NCBI GenBank assembly: GCA_973895155.1
Contig: OZ316895.1
Span: forward strand, 18,960,508-19,024,507
Source: Marsupella aquatica
Taxonomy: Eukaryota; Plantae; Marchantiophyta
Length of the DNA stretch: 64,000 nt
Reading direction: 5' to 3'
Part shown: positions 24,831-37,035 of the stretch, one piece after another
How the letters are laid out: each line of letters opens with the position of its first letter
Position numbering within the stretch: the first letter of the stretch is position 1
Program-made: the position numbers and the translations under genes
The notes under the pieces: model-generated
What the model was told of the DNA's origin: nothing
The model's database searches: none
Seen by the model: the letters and a program-made list of their open reading frames with translations, nothing else

Positions 24831-25346
24831 ATTTACTATTTGTTGTCACGGTGGTTATACCCCTTATAGTACTTGCTTTCAAAGTTGAGTCTGAAATCAC
24901 AGATCCAATGGGAATGGCCTAGCAAATGGACACGACATTTGAAATGCTTCTCAATGGCATACCTCTGCGGATTGATACCAAAACCGGACAGCTGAGCTGG
25001 ACAGGATAGGGCCAATCATATGGCAAGGTGTGCTTGGTTGCTAAGGGAGATGGAGGAGCTGCTAACAAAGCTGGTGCAAGGAGTGAACTGACGATATCAG
25101 AGGCAGCGAAGGGCTTGCCTTACATACCCTTGTGGGGCGTCAACCGATCGGCCCCTCCTGCCTCTGATAGGCCAAGTCCCTCACACTTAAAGTGTACCGG
25201 CCATTCCTCAGGTCCGGGTCAAGGCTTGTCAGAGGGCCGCCTCCTGGATTATATGGATCCGAGGTAGACGGCCATAACGCGCTCGTAATCCGTTGGTGCA
25301 CCACCAGCCCGAAGCATGAATGCTCTTTATTGACTAAACTTGTCCT

Positions 25347-25547
25347 CCCTGGGCCCTTAGTCTTAACTAATACATGGAGGACGTGTGAATGCTTGAAGGG
25401 TAGTTTTTATTTGTTTTGAACTAATAATTATAATTATTACCGGTAATAAGGGAACTTTTAATGGTAAAATAGAAATAACAAGGGGTAAACACAAAAAGGG
25501 CCCAATTGCAGGGGTCCACTTCTTTTAAACGGAGTGAGGGCCCAGGG
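25347..25547. mobile_element. MITE, 201 bp, copy 1
   Basis: TIR CCCTGGGCCCT; 8-bp TSD CTTGTCCT; near-identical to 32798-32997. Confidence 0.92.
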
Positions 25548-26410
25548 CTTGTCCTAACCATCATGACTAACTAATTTTGTGTCACTATGCTAATAACTAC
25601 AAACTACTAAGTCCACTTCGTACGTGCTTAGCACAAGTTAAGCCGGATTACTTATTACGAGCCGTGCAAGCGGCGTCACACCAAGCAAAGTTATTGCTAT
25701 CTCTACTAGTTTGTTCCCATGGAAGAGTTTAGGGTAAGACCACAAGCAAAAGATGGACCAAAGAACTTCTTAAAACCAACAAAGGCCTCCCTTTCAAGAG
25801 GCTAGAGAACTTTCTCCACTTCAAACAACAAGCTACAACATCAAAACAACAAGACCTAACTCTCCACAAAGACTCCCTGTGGGAGTGCAAACTTACTAAT
25901 GTGCTTCAAATTAAAGCGCGGCCAGGGAAAACCTGCAAGCAACTTCCTACTAAAAGCTCACAACTAGACACCAATGCACTATAAGGAACCGCCAATATGA
26001 TACCAATGTATATTGCCCGGACCAGAAAAAACCTGAAATTGCAACACAACTTCTAATTGATCTTACATTCCAACAGCAAACCGACAGCTCACTAAGAAAA
26101 TTCTGCCAGGTACCACATAAGCTTTTGTTGTCGTGATGCTACAACTCTTGCTCTTGATCAATTTGTGAACTCTAGGGACTAAGCCCATAGGTCCCGACTA
26201 CAACACGATCTTCAAACAATAAACTTGAATATTCTTTGATCAGATTGGTACTTTTGGACGCCTCCAAGCTCTAAGAATTCACATTGTCACATCTTGGGGA
26301 TATCTACTAACTTTGGCCAATGGCAAAAGGTGAATAGCAAAACACACAATAGAAAGCATATTAAACCTTCAAGAAATCAACCCAATTGAGCATGAGGTAA
26401 CATCCATGCG

Positions 26411-26840
26411 GGGTAGCGAGGATCATCAGTTATCAGCCACTGATAACTGATATCAGATTTTCCGCTGAAATATTTTTGAATCTCAGTTGAGCAGCTGAGA
26501 TGATGACTTTGCACTTCCACGCATCTCAGCTAGGCAGCTGAGATTGACTCAATCTCAGCTGACCTCACCGAGATTGGCGTGCAGAAAAAAAAAAGAGAAA
26601 ATAAATTTTAAAAATTATTTTCTTGAGAAATTTAAAAAAAAAATTAAAAATTTGACACCCGGCCATCTCAGCTTGCCCCGTCGAGAAGTGGCGTCTATAT
26701 GGTACGGACACCCATAGTCGAAAAAAAAATTCGCATTTTTTTTTGGCGCCACATCTTGGCAACCTCTCTGAGATGATGTGGCGACTGATATCAGGTCGAC
26801 TGATGAAAACGACTGATAATTGATGATGTAACTTTACTCC
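26411..26840. mobile_element. Non-autonomous Mutator-like MITE (~430 bp)
   Basis: ATCCATGCG duplicated at 26402-26410 and 26841-26849; inverted core ATCATCA(A/G)TTATCAG near both ends; internal ATCTCAGCT/AGCTGAGAT repeats. Confidence 0.75.
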
Positions 26841-28651
26841 ATCCATGCGGGCATCCATGTACTCATCCCTTCTAAAGCTCAATTCTCAGCCACCTATAAT
26901 TGGAATCATAGCAGATGTCAATAAAAGACAACTTTATGTCACATCATAAATTCTGGTATAAGTGAAATTTCAGTCCAGGGCCCTTTGATATACTCTACTA
27001 CTATCCAATGCTGGGAGGATATGCTTCCTAGTCTGAGATTTCACTCCACTTGGTAGAGTTTTCACTAAGCAACAAAGCATCTGTCCCTAGACAAGAGAAA
27101 CTACAACATTTAAGTACTTATCAACCACTCCAATCTACTCCAATCAAATCCTCACCATGGGCTGAGCGTTTCCCTTTCAAAATAGCTCCTAATTAAGCTC
27201 CTAACCTTCAGTCAAACTCTGGTCCTTGACTTCAATCAGCTGCACACAAAAATCCAACACATGATTGTGCATCAGTTGCAAAACTTTCATTGCTCTCATC
27301 CTCCAATGGTCAACAGTAGTTCATCCTCTTTCACAATCAACAAACATAATTCATCCCCGAGGCTTCACAACAAAGAATTCTTCCTCCTCCACGACGCTCT
27401 CCACGTGCTTCAAGAACTTCAAACAAATTTGCAACAATTTGTGTACTAGAAAAGTCACTAGTAGAACCCCCTCCACCATCTGATTTTTCTCCCACCAAAG
27501 AGACCTCGGTTGGTGCTTAAACTTTGCCGGTAGGTGCTTCTACTTCACGCAACATTTTAGCCAAATTTTTTAGCGAATATGGCGCTAGAATTTTTTTGGT
27601 GTTGTTGAGTTTTCCTACCATGAGTTTTTCGCAAATTTCAACTTTGGCAACTTGTAATTTGGATTTGTCTCTCCAATTCGACTTGTCTTTCCAGGCCATG
27701 ACTACTTCAACTTCATTGCATGCAACTAATGACCTCCTAATCCACCACATTTCATCAATCAATTGTTGATCGAGTCTTCATTCCTACCTAATTCCATGCT
27801 TCAATCAAACCGATCATCGACAGAGTAATTCTTTATATTTTCTTTGTTCCTTTGATTACCCTCTGCCTCTTCTTTCCTTCTTTGAATACCCTCAATATTT
27901 TTAGAGTATGCCAACATAATAGAATACCTTGGATAATTTTAGATTACCTAGGTATCACTTCCAGAGTGTATTTGATTACCTTGGTCCACATTAGAGTACC
28001 TTGGCCAATTTTAGCTTACACTGGCCGATTTTAGATTACCCTGGTCATCAGTTTTCGAACTACATTTGATTTACCCTATAGCAAAAGTTATTTTGATCAA
28101 ACCCCTAACTTTGGCAATTTTCAACCCCCTAACATTAACTCTAAAAGTGGTCAAATTTTGCCAGTGTGTTCCTCTACCTATAACCTATCACCAGGCATAA
28201 ACTCAGAAGTTTTGGACAAGTAGAAGTCATCTAAAAAAAATAAGCAATCTAGCAAACTAACAATTTGTCAAAAAAACCAAAAAAAACCTAACTACTCTAA
28301 GTACTCTTCTAATTACTTCCTACCTTTCCTGGTTTAGTTATACAAGGTTAACTCTCCCATCTTTTGGTCTACCCTTGGTCACATAGAACTAAGTAACGAG
28401 AAGTAAGCATATTTTTCATTCTCTAAATTCCTATTAGCATAACTAATTGACCCTAAATAAAATCAATTCTAAACTAAAATCAAGTACCAAAGTTGCCTTA
28501 GTCTCCTCAACCTTTTGGTTAAATATCTTTCACTCTTGGACCAAGAAAATTAACCCTAATGTAGTTCCTAATTTTACAACAATTTCTCCAATAAGCACAA
28601 AACTACCTAATAGCCATGTGTGACACTTCTCAGGGGGCGCATACCTACTAT

Positions 28652-30256
28652 TGATCAGCTGTTTATGCAGAGGTCGATAGCCATGCCAAAGAAGCAGGAT
28701 GGAGTGGACAATTACCGGTGCAGAGCACCATTTCAGAGCGGGTCACTCATGACAACCCTAAAGGCCCACATCAGAATACCAACAAGGGAAAATATGTTTG
28801 CCAATGTCACTGAGAAGAAGAGGCAGATGACAAAACAGGAGCATCGGCGGTACATCAAGCGCTTGGAGTTAGAATTTGAGGACAGAGGCCGCAACCTGGG
28901 TATTCCAAGCTGAGATGAGGAGAGGGAAAGGCGAGTGTGGGAGGAGAGGCCGAGGCAGGCACCCATTTTCTCATTCTAGTAGGAAGCAACCTTTGTAGGC
29001 ATTCAAAGGGAAGCAGGTTGGAAACTCAAGCTCCAAGCCGGAAGTGTTGGATTGGAGGACTACAAAGACAAGGGCTTCGTCTATGTAGAGGAGCGGCCTG
29101 TACCAGGAGTCAGGACTTTTGGCTGATCCATGGGGACCTGGAACATCAGGTAAGCTCTAAGTCTCCCCCAACAGAGTTACCTCCTTTAGAATTTGATCGA
29201 ATGGAGGAGGCCGAGCAAGACCTATTGGAGTGGCTGAGGGATTTGGCCAAGGTGACCCAGAACAAGGAGATTGAGGGAGTTGTTGGGGGGAGAATGGCCA
29301 GAAGACATTTAGCAGCTTAGTCCAAGACAAGCCAAGTCGCTCACCAATTTTGATGATGTCCTTAGGGAAGCATGGGAGGTGAGGCCGTGATGGCAAATCA
29401 TGCCAGTTTCTCTGGGCACTCCACATATGCACCCAATTGGGCTATGAAGTATGGGGAGATGTGCAGTTGTTAGCTCTCAACATCTTTGGAGCAAAGTTGG
29501 AGATGGGACCGTTTATCCAGAAGGAGTTATTGGATAAAAATTGCTTGGAGGAAGCAAAGGAAGAAGGAAGAACTCATTGGGCGGCTTAGGAGGATGGAAG
29601 TTGGGAAAGGAGGAATGAAGGCGGTTAAGCAGGCTCAAGACAAGCTACTAGTTTAGAAGCATGACCTGAGCAACATGCAAGAGCAGCCAGACACTACCAA
29701 AGCAGATAACTAGCTTGTCAAGGGTAAACTCGCGTGCCCAAACTCAATTGCAATTAGCCGACATTTTCAAGGAGAGACAAAACCAAGAGCAAAGGATCCA
29801 AGATCTAAAGGCTGGCAATTAGGCCAACATAGCGGTCTACAATAAGGCCCTGGCAGATGCAGGGAAGGCAGAGAAGGCAGTACAAGTACAACTCAACAAT
29901 CTCCGCCAAGATTACCAGTAGAAGTGTGTTGATTATGAACCAAACCCGATGCAGCCCAATCCCTATTGAAGGCTGATATTGCAGCTTTGACGACCAACTT
30001 CCAAGCCAAACTGCAGCAGAAGGATGACATGCTTGAGCAACAATACAAGAAGATGAACCAGATGGAGTTTGATGTCGTCCATGAGCTAAATAAGGAGTTG
30101 AAGGAAACCAAGGAGGAGAAAGAGGCTTTAGAGAAGGAGTTGGAGGAGGCTCAAGAGGAGTTGGAGGAATATGTGCAGAAGGTGGAGAACTTGCAATGAT
30201 GAGCAAACAACAACACGGAGCAATTGAAAAAACTAGCCAAAGCAAGCAAGTCCTCA
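28652..30256 (+). pseudogene. Degraded accessory ORF, 3' piece (coiled coil)
   Basis: KDDMLEQQYKKMNQME...ELNKELKETKEE is homologous to KDEMLDQTYAKMNQME...ELDKELRATREE of the 53000 ORF. Confidence 0.8.
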
Positions 30257-30299
30257 GTGGCAATGACAAGGTTGTCGGGTGTAGTGATGGCCAAAATAC

Positions 30300-33200
30300 C
30301 GGTTCAACAATCTACAAACCACTTCCTCTTGTCCTCTCTTCACAAAACCTAGCGGTTGTCTCATGAAGATCACCTCTTCCAAGGTGCCATAGAGGAAAGC
30401 TGTGACAACATTCATCTGATCTAGCAACAGACTAAATATTACAACAAGCACACACAATAGCTGTATTGTTGAGTACTTAGCAACTGGTGAGAAAACCTCA
30501 TTGTAATCCACACTTTTTTCCTGTGTGAATCCCTTGGCTACCAACCTAGCCTTGTAGACCTTTGATCCACCTCCCGTAGACTGATCCTTCAGCTTGTATA
30601 TCCATTTGCTGTCCACCACTTGTTGACCCTTAGGCAGCTTAACAAGCTCCCAAGTTTTGTTGTCCTTCAGTGATTACATCTCCATTTGCATTGCTATAGT
30701 CCACTTGTGCTTCTCCTTTGAAGCACTTGCCTCATGAAATGAAGAAGGTTCCCCTTCTTCCAAAATCAACGCATCACCCTCATCATCAGCTGCAAAATCA
30801 TCCTCTTGCAATTGAGATGAATCAACCCACTCTCCATACCTGGGAGGAGCACGTACAGTGCGACCAGATGTTCTTCTAGTCGATGACTCTGGTTGAATTG
30901 CATCTATTGGTACAATTTGAATTTTAGCAACATCCACTTGCTGCTCACCAGCATCAACAAACTCCTCTTGTTCCTCTGGCACAGGAACCAGCTCCATGCT
31001 TGGAGCACTTTATTCTTTCCGATCACGCATCTCATGATCAATCTCCCCCTCAACGAGATCTGGGATATGAGATTTTCCTTTGTCAGTACGGGAGACTAGA
31101 GTATTCTCCCCCTCCTTCAATAATTTGGATTCATTGAAGGAAACATCCCTACTGACAATGAGCTTACAGGCAATAGGATCCCATAGCCTGTAGGCCTTCA
31201 CACCACTTTGATACCCAAGAAAAATACATTTCTTGGAGGTAGGATCCAACTTGGTCCTATTCTGCTTTGGTGTGAGAGCATATGCATCACTTCCAAAAAC
31301 TACCAAGCCATGATAGTTTGCTTGCCGCTTATAACGCATTTCAAATGGTGTTTTAAAATTGATTGCACTAGAAGGAGAAAGATTTACCAAATAAGCTGTA
31401 GTATTGACAGCTTCTGCCAAAAATTCTTGTGGTAAACCTGATTGGCTCAGCATACTCCGTGATCGCTCCAATAGTGTTCGATTGAGCCTCTCAGCGACAC
31501 CATTTTGCTGCGAAATATAAATTGCTATGAGATGGCGAGTTATCCCCTGTTCTGCACACTACTCTTCAAATTCTATTGAAGTGTACTCTCCACCGTTGTC
31601 TGACCTCAGACTCTTCACCCTGGTATCCAAACACTTAACCGGGATTCCCGTCTGATTCTCCACTTGGGCCTTCCACTTTGTAAAAATGGACAAGACATCA
31701 GACTTATGCGTTATGAAATAAATCCATACAAATCTTGAGTAATCATCAATAAATGATACATAGTACAATTTTCCAGAATGTGAAGGAGTCGGGGATGGTC
31801 CACACTTGTCACTATGTATGTACTCAAGAACCTCTTTGGAACAATGTGTGCCAACACCGAAAGCACGACGATGCTACTTTCCAAAAATGCAATGCTCATA
31901 GAAATCCAATTTACGAGACTACATATCATAAATGAGCTCATTCTTCCGCAAGATAGCCAAACCCTTCTTACTCATGTGGCCTAGCCGTGAATGCCATAGT
32001 TGAGTCATTTTCTCGCGAGACTTGGTTAAATTGGCCTCTCCACATATTGTATTGCCCTGCAGCACATACAAATTCTTCTGTCTGCTCCCCTTCAAAATCA
32101 CTGTCTCTCCCGATATGACTTGAAGTTCACCATCAATTACTCGCCATTGATGACCATTTGAATCCAACACACCGAGTGAAATCAAATTCTTATGCATGCC
32201 AGGTACAAACCTGACTTCAGACACTGTGCGCATAATGCCATCAAACATTTGAATCTTTACAAACCCAATACCCTCAACTCAATAGGAGTGATCATTTCCC
32301 ATCAAAACTGAACCCTTTGACACAAAATAAGAATTGAAATACTCGCGAATGTAACAAATGTGAAAAGAGCAAGCACAATCAAGAATCCACACATCGTTTG
32401 CTCTCCTAGATGATGTGCATAGGGCATACTCTTGGCTTCATAAAACATACTCATCATTGAGTAAATCAACTTTTCCATCAGCACTAGCCACATTGGCTGA
32501 TGAAGATTCAGTTGCCTTACCCTTACAATCCCTCTTAAAGTGACCAACCTTGTGACACTTCCAACAGACTATTGGCTTTCTCTCCTGGGACTTTTCCCTT
32601 GAAGCAAATCTTGTCCTAGATTTACTTTGTCCCTTGCCATTCATGCGTTGCTCGGGACACTTCTATGACCTCCCACAATTCACATTCAAGGCAGCACCAG
32701 ACGACGATGTTGTCTGAGATTGACCCAATTTCTTGTGTGCATCATCTAACAGCAAAGAGCTTACCACCTCATCGTATGAAATAGACTTCAGGTCTCTCCC
32801 TGGGCCCTCAGTCTTAACTAATACATGGAGGACGTGCGAATGGATGAAGGGTAGTTTTATTTGTTTTAAACTAATAATTATAATTATTACCGGTAATAAG
32901 GGAACTTTTAATGGTAAAATGGAAATAATGGGGGTAAACACAAAAAGGGCCCAATTGCAGGGGATCCACTTCTTTTACACGGAGTGAGGGCCCAAGGAGG
33001 TCTCTATACAAGAGAAACTGCTTCAAACCCTGATAAGGATCTGAGAAGAAGCAAGGCCTTGTTCTCTTCTTCAACGCCCTTACCGAGATTGGACAAATCA
33101 ACAACTAGGCTGTCAAATTCATCCAAGTGATCCTGAAGCTTGTTCCCCTCTTTGAGCCTAAGGCTCATCAAGAGAAACTTCTTGTAAAATCGGTCTGATG

Positions 33201-33680
33201 CATCCTCCCGATAGTATTTCTCCCTTAAGCCTCTGAACAAAGATGCATAATCCACATAGTCATCCAACTTCTTGATGATATGCGGCTTTAGATAAAGCAT
33301 CATTGCATTCACTACAATCACTTGTTCCTACCCCCACCTCTTTAGTGGAATCTCTTCTTCATTATCGTACATGTCTCGTGTAGAAAGAAGGTGATCTAGG
33401 CCTATAGCACGAAGAACTCCTTTCACTTGCTTCTCCAAGAGCAAGTAGTTAGTCCGTACGCCCATCATGCTTTTCCACCTCAAACTTGACACCTCCAAAC
33501 CTGGATGCCATCTTTTTTTCCTTCACAACCCCATCTACTCGTTGCACCGGTGATTGTACCAGTGTCACATGCGCTTCCTTTTGCTCCTCTCTCTCCTCCT
33601 CAAACCGTCGTGGTGATCCTCGTGCTTCAAGATCCACTTCTTCAAAAATCTCCTCCAAATCACTCATGTGAGAATGCAAG
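30300..33680 (-). pseudogene. gag-pol: Ty1/copia gag-PR-INT-RT(5' part), Tork/Tnt1-like
   Basis: CWKCHKVGHFKRDC zinc knuckle, LWHSRLGHMS, FIDDYSR, LRSDNGGEY, KCIFLGY, KWIYKLK...YKARLVAKGFTQ; truncated in RT; stops and frameshifts. Confidence 0.92.
32798..32997. mobile_element. MITE, 200 bp, copy 2 (inserted in copia gag)
   Basis: TIR CCCTGGGCCCTCA/TGAGGGCCCAAGG; 8-bp TSD AGGTCTCT. Confidence 0.92.
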
Positions 33681-35405
33681 AAAAAATCATGTTTTTCAAC
33701 TTCTTAAAAAAACTCAAAACTTATCACTGCCGCGTAGCCCACAGGCCTAGCTCTCCAACCTTGAAAACCATAATCAAAACCAAACTCCGACGTAAAACTT
33801 ATTCACTTTTTGGTCTAGGTGGGTAAAACTTGGAATTTTCCTCCGTTTTGACCACCTCGGGGAATAACCAAAATATGAACTAGTACCCAACGTTGGAAAT
33901 GCAATTTGATTGGTGCACCACATAGCCAACTCCAATGGCTACCTCCTTGCCAAAGGCGAACGGAAAAAGTTACAGGTCCTGGGAAGCGGCACAACCAATA
34001 GGAAGCCGGGGAAAAAATGAAAAAACAGACTTAAAGGGGTGTAAAGCCACTTTCAAAAAAATAATTATAAAGGTCGGGGGCGTACAAGGGCAGGGGTGGG
34101 CGTATGGCGAGGCAACGACGGGCGCATAGGCGGAAGGGTTGACGACCAGAAGTGGGTGGTCGGGGCAGGTTGCCGAAGCCGCAAATCGGCTGATCACGGG
34201 CGAGGCAAGGCGGGGGGAGGAAAAAACTCCAGGCTGTAGGCTACGCTTCGGCCTGGTCATGGGCGAGGCAAGGCGGGGGGGAGGAAAAAACTCTAGGCGG
34301 TAGGCTACGCTCCGGCCTGGTTGCGGGCTGCAGCAAGTAATGGCGAGGGGTGGCCGGGGGTCGCGTATGCGTAAAGGAGGAGGGAGGGGGTAATCGTGTG
34401 TATACACACACGAATGCGCGTGTATACACACACAAAAGTGTGCTAACACCCCCCTAAAAATACAAAGGAAATAATCGGCAAAGAATCCAAATCGCACCTT
34501 GCCACCGGTAAGGGGCTTGAAGAAATTTCTTAGCAACGCATGATGGAGTCTTTAGAGAGAGAGAGAGCCGTGAATGTAGTATTTTTCGAGCAAAAAATTG
34601 GCCCGTAAGAAATCCAGAAATGCTTGTGGAAATCAAACAAAAAGAGTTTGCACCTTGTAACGTTTGGATTTCGGGGAGGAATCAGAAATAGATTTCGGTG
34701 GGTTGGAAAGATTTGCACACCCGCACCGTTTGCTGGTCAATCAGTGGCAAAAGTTCAGAACTCCTTTCACTTGATTCTCCCAGAGCAAGTAGTCCATACG
34801 CCCATCATACTTAGTACAGAACTCCTTCCTCCCGTGGGCAAAAATGTCAATCTTGGACTCAAAACGATCACCTCTTCGTGATCTCTCCGTTCAGCCCAAA
34901 TACTTCACGTCTCTCCCTCCGAGTCGAGCGCAACAACGAGAAACTCCCCTCAGGCAAAAGAAGACTCCATAGCCGGTCAAAAAATCCGAATGCTTCTTTT
35001 GCTCGTTTTGACACACTCGTTACACATTTGGCAACAAACCATCTACCAAAACGATGAGCTCATCCCGATCTACAAGCAGAGCTACAGCATGCGACGCATC
35101 ATGCACCACAAGGCTCATGCCATCAAAAAAATTAAACTCTGGTCCCTCCTTAAAAAATAACCGCCGAACACGAATGTTGCAAACTTTCTTCACAAAATCC
35201 AGAACGACAAAAACTTAGATCTCTCCGCACCACAAACTCCGTTCAACAATTTCTTTGCACCGTTAGAAAGCCCTCGGCCCGATCTATCCGTTGAGCCCAT
35301 AAACTCCAAGTTCCACGTGACGGAACTCTGGGAAATCCACTGACACTCAACGCTAGAAAAAACCGTCATGAAATCCCGTCACGAACAATGTCACCTCCCC
35401 GGCAT

Positions 35406-35417
35406 GCTCTGATACCA
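35406..35417 (-). promoter_or_regulatory. Primer binding site (tRNA-iMet)
   Basis: TGGTATCAGAGC on the minus strand, 2 nt after the LTR end. Confidence 0.9.
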
Positions 35418-35419
35418 AT

Positions 35420-35762
35420 TGTTGAGCATAGACGATCCTTATAACGGTAAGCACATGACATATCCAACGCGCAAGTAGTCGACACAAGAGATACGTGGTT
35501 CACCTCCTCAAGGCTACGTCCACGGGAACACACAAGAGAGCTTTACTGAACTCTAAGCCCGTCGGCCATACCAAGTCTCCACAATGTAAGCTCTCCTCAT
35601 CTCTCACGTGGCTCCATAACAATGAGTCTAAGTTCCACTTATCCTAGCAAACACTGCTTGTCATATAGTGTGCATCCTAGTTAACCTAATTATGTCTCCA
35701 ACTATGGTTAGCCTAACTACGGTTACATGTCGTAACCCTAGACCTTGAGTAAATACCTAACA
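35420..35762 (-). repeat. 5' LTR of a copia element (343 bp)
   Basis: TGTT...AACA ends, adjacent to the PBS. Confidence 0.75.
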
Positions 35763-35789
35763 CTATTGTCTTTCCATAGCAACATAGCC

Positions 35790-37035
35790 AAGGGGTGCCT
35801 AGGACAGTTGAAGGTATGGATCAGGCAAGTGATGGACAGTTGGGGCAAAGGATCCAGACACATACCAATGAACTGCGTCTCCCTTTGCATCACCCATTGA
35901 GGATTAGACGTCATGACTCCAAGTTGTGGAATAGAGAGGTGCTTAGAGCAGGCTGGGGCATAAATGCCCGAATGAGATATCCCTGCACAGAGTGTCAAGG
36001 ATACCACTAGATGACCCTAAACCAAGTGCATTCTCATCTTCAAAGGCATGGAAGACATCCAATCCGCAGTGTGTGGAATGTGCTAGAGGAAGAGGATTCA
36101 TCAGATGAGGAATGGAGAGCAGATTTTGAAAATGTGAATACTACAAGGCACTCTACATTCTTTCATAACGTCACTGGTCATGCAAGGCAACAATGCCAAA
36201 GATGAGTATGTTCCACAAGGAGGTTCCGAGACTTCTAATGAGGACGGGGCAGATGTTCCCAGGATGGTTTCAGATATTTTTCAAGACCTGGATGCACTTT
36301 ATGACGATGCAGAGGCACAGGGCAACGCAAAACCAGACATGCATGGTGTAGGTCCTACAGACCAAGAAGAGTTTGACATTGGAGAAGGAGCTAGAGATCG
36401 ATGATGGTCAATTCTTGGGAATTGGGGCCGACTTGGAGGAAGCTACATCCCCATTGTATGGTGGTGCAAACTGCTCCAAACTAGGATTTATAGTGATGTT
36501 CCTCAATATATGTGGATGTCATTGTGTGCCCAACATATGTGTAACAGAGTTGTTGATGTTCCTACAAAGGACAATACTACCCGCTGGAAACATTGTTCCT
36601 AAGAACATGTATGAGACAAAGAAGCTGATGAGCAAACTTGGTTTGAATTATGTGTCTATCCATGCATGCCCAGATGGCCATGTACTTTTCAAAAAAGAAT
36701 ATGTTGATTGCCTATCCTGCCCTTAATGCGGAAAGCATAGATATAAGAACTTTGGGAAGTCAACTCAACTTGCTAAGGTCTTGCGGCATTTCCCTCTCAT
36801 TCCAAGATTGCAGTGCCTCTATAGGTGTCCATCCATTTCTAAGATGATGACTTGGACCTCTGATCACAAGAGTACAGATGGTTTGCAACGTCACGTTGGA
36901 GATCCAACCATTGGAAGTACATAGATGAGAAGTGGCCGGACTTTGCAGCAGAGAGCAGAAATGTGAGGTTTGGTCTAAGTCTTGACGGTGCTAATCCTTT
37001 TGGAGACAAGAACAATGTGTATTCTTGCTGGCCAG
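35790..37035 (+). pseudogene. CACTA/En-Spm transposase (Tnp2-type), 5' fragment
   Basis: IHACPDGHVLF, KVLRHFPLIPRLQ, RNVRFGLSLDGANPF...YSCWPV. Confidence 0.88.

Larger units (their letters stand above)
9457..24862. mobile_element. Large Mutator-like (MULE) DNA transposon with cargo gene
   Basis: TSD CTTATAGT at 9449-9456 and 24863-24870 (7-9 bp depending on boundary). Imperfect TIRs GAGGCTTTTCACGGTGACAGCAAACAG versus reverse-complement GGGTATAACCACCGTGACAACAAATAG. Contains a MULE transposase. Confidence 0.88.
6814..25680 (-). mobile_element. ORF-containing solo-LTR-like unit (~3.2 kb net)
   Basis: Minus-strand ends TGTGACGCC...TGTGACA; TSD CCAAG at 6809-6813 and 25681-25685; 6814-7490 is homologous to the R/U5 part of the LTR at 17880-18532. 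Confidence 0.85.
6789..28643. mobile_element. Unclassified insertion with 8-bp TSD (~3 kb after removing the 6814-25680 block)
   Basis: CCTACTAT at 6781-6788 and 28644-28651. Removal restores DSPTIDQLF, matching VSPTIEQVF in the intact homolog. Ends CATG.../...CATA, weak TIR. Confidence 0.7.

Noticed and set aside
27570-27590. TAGCGAATATGGCGCTAG as another palindrome copy
   Set aside because: Wrong arm spacing and outside the MULE
28617-28625. TGTGACA as the far end of the LTR unit starting at 6814
   Set aside because: No TSD match; the end at 25680 has the CCAAG TSD
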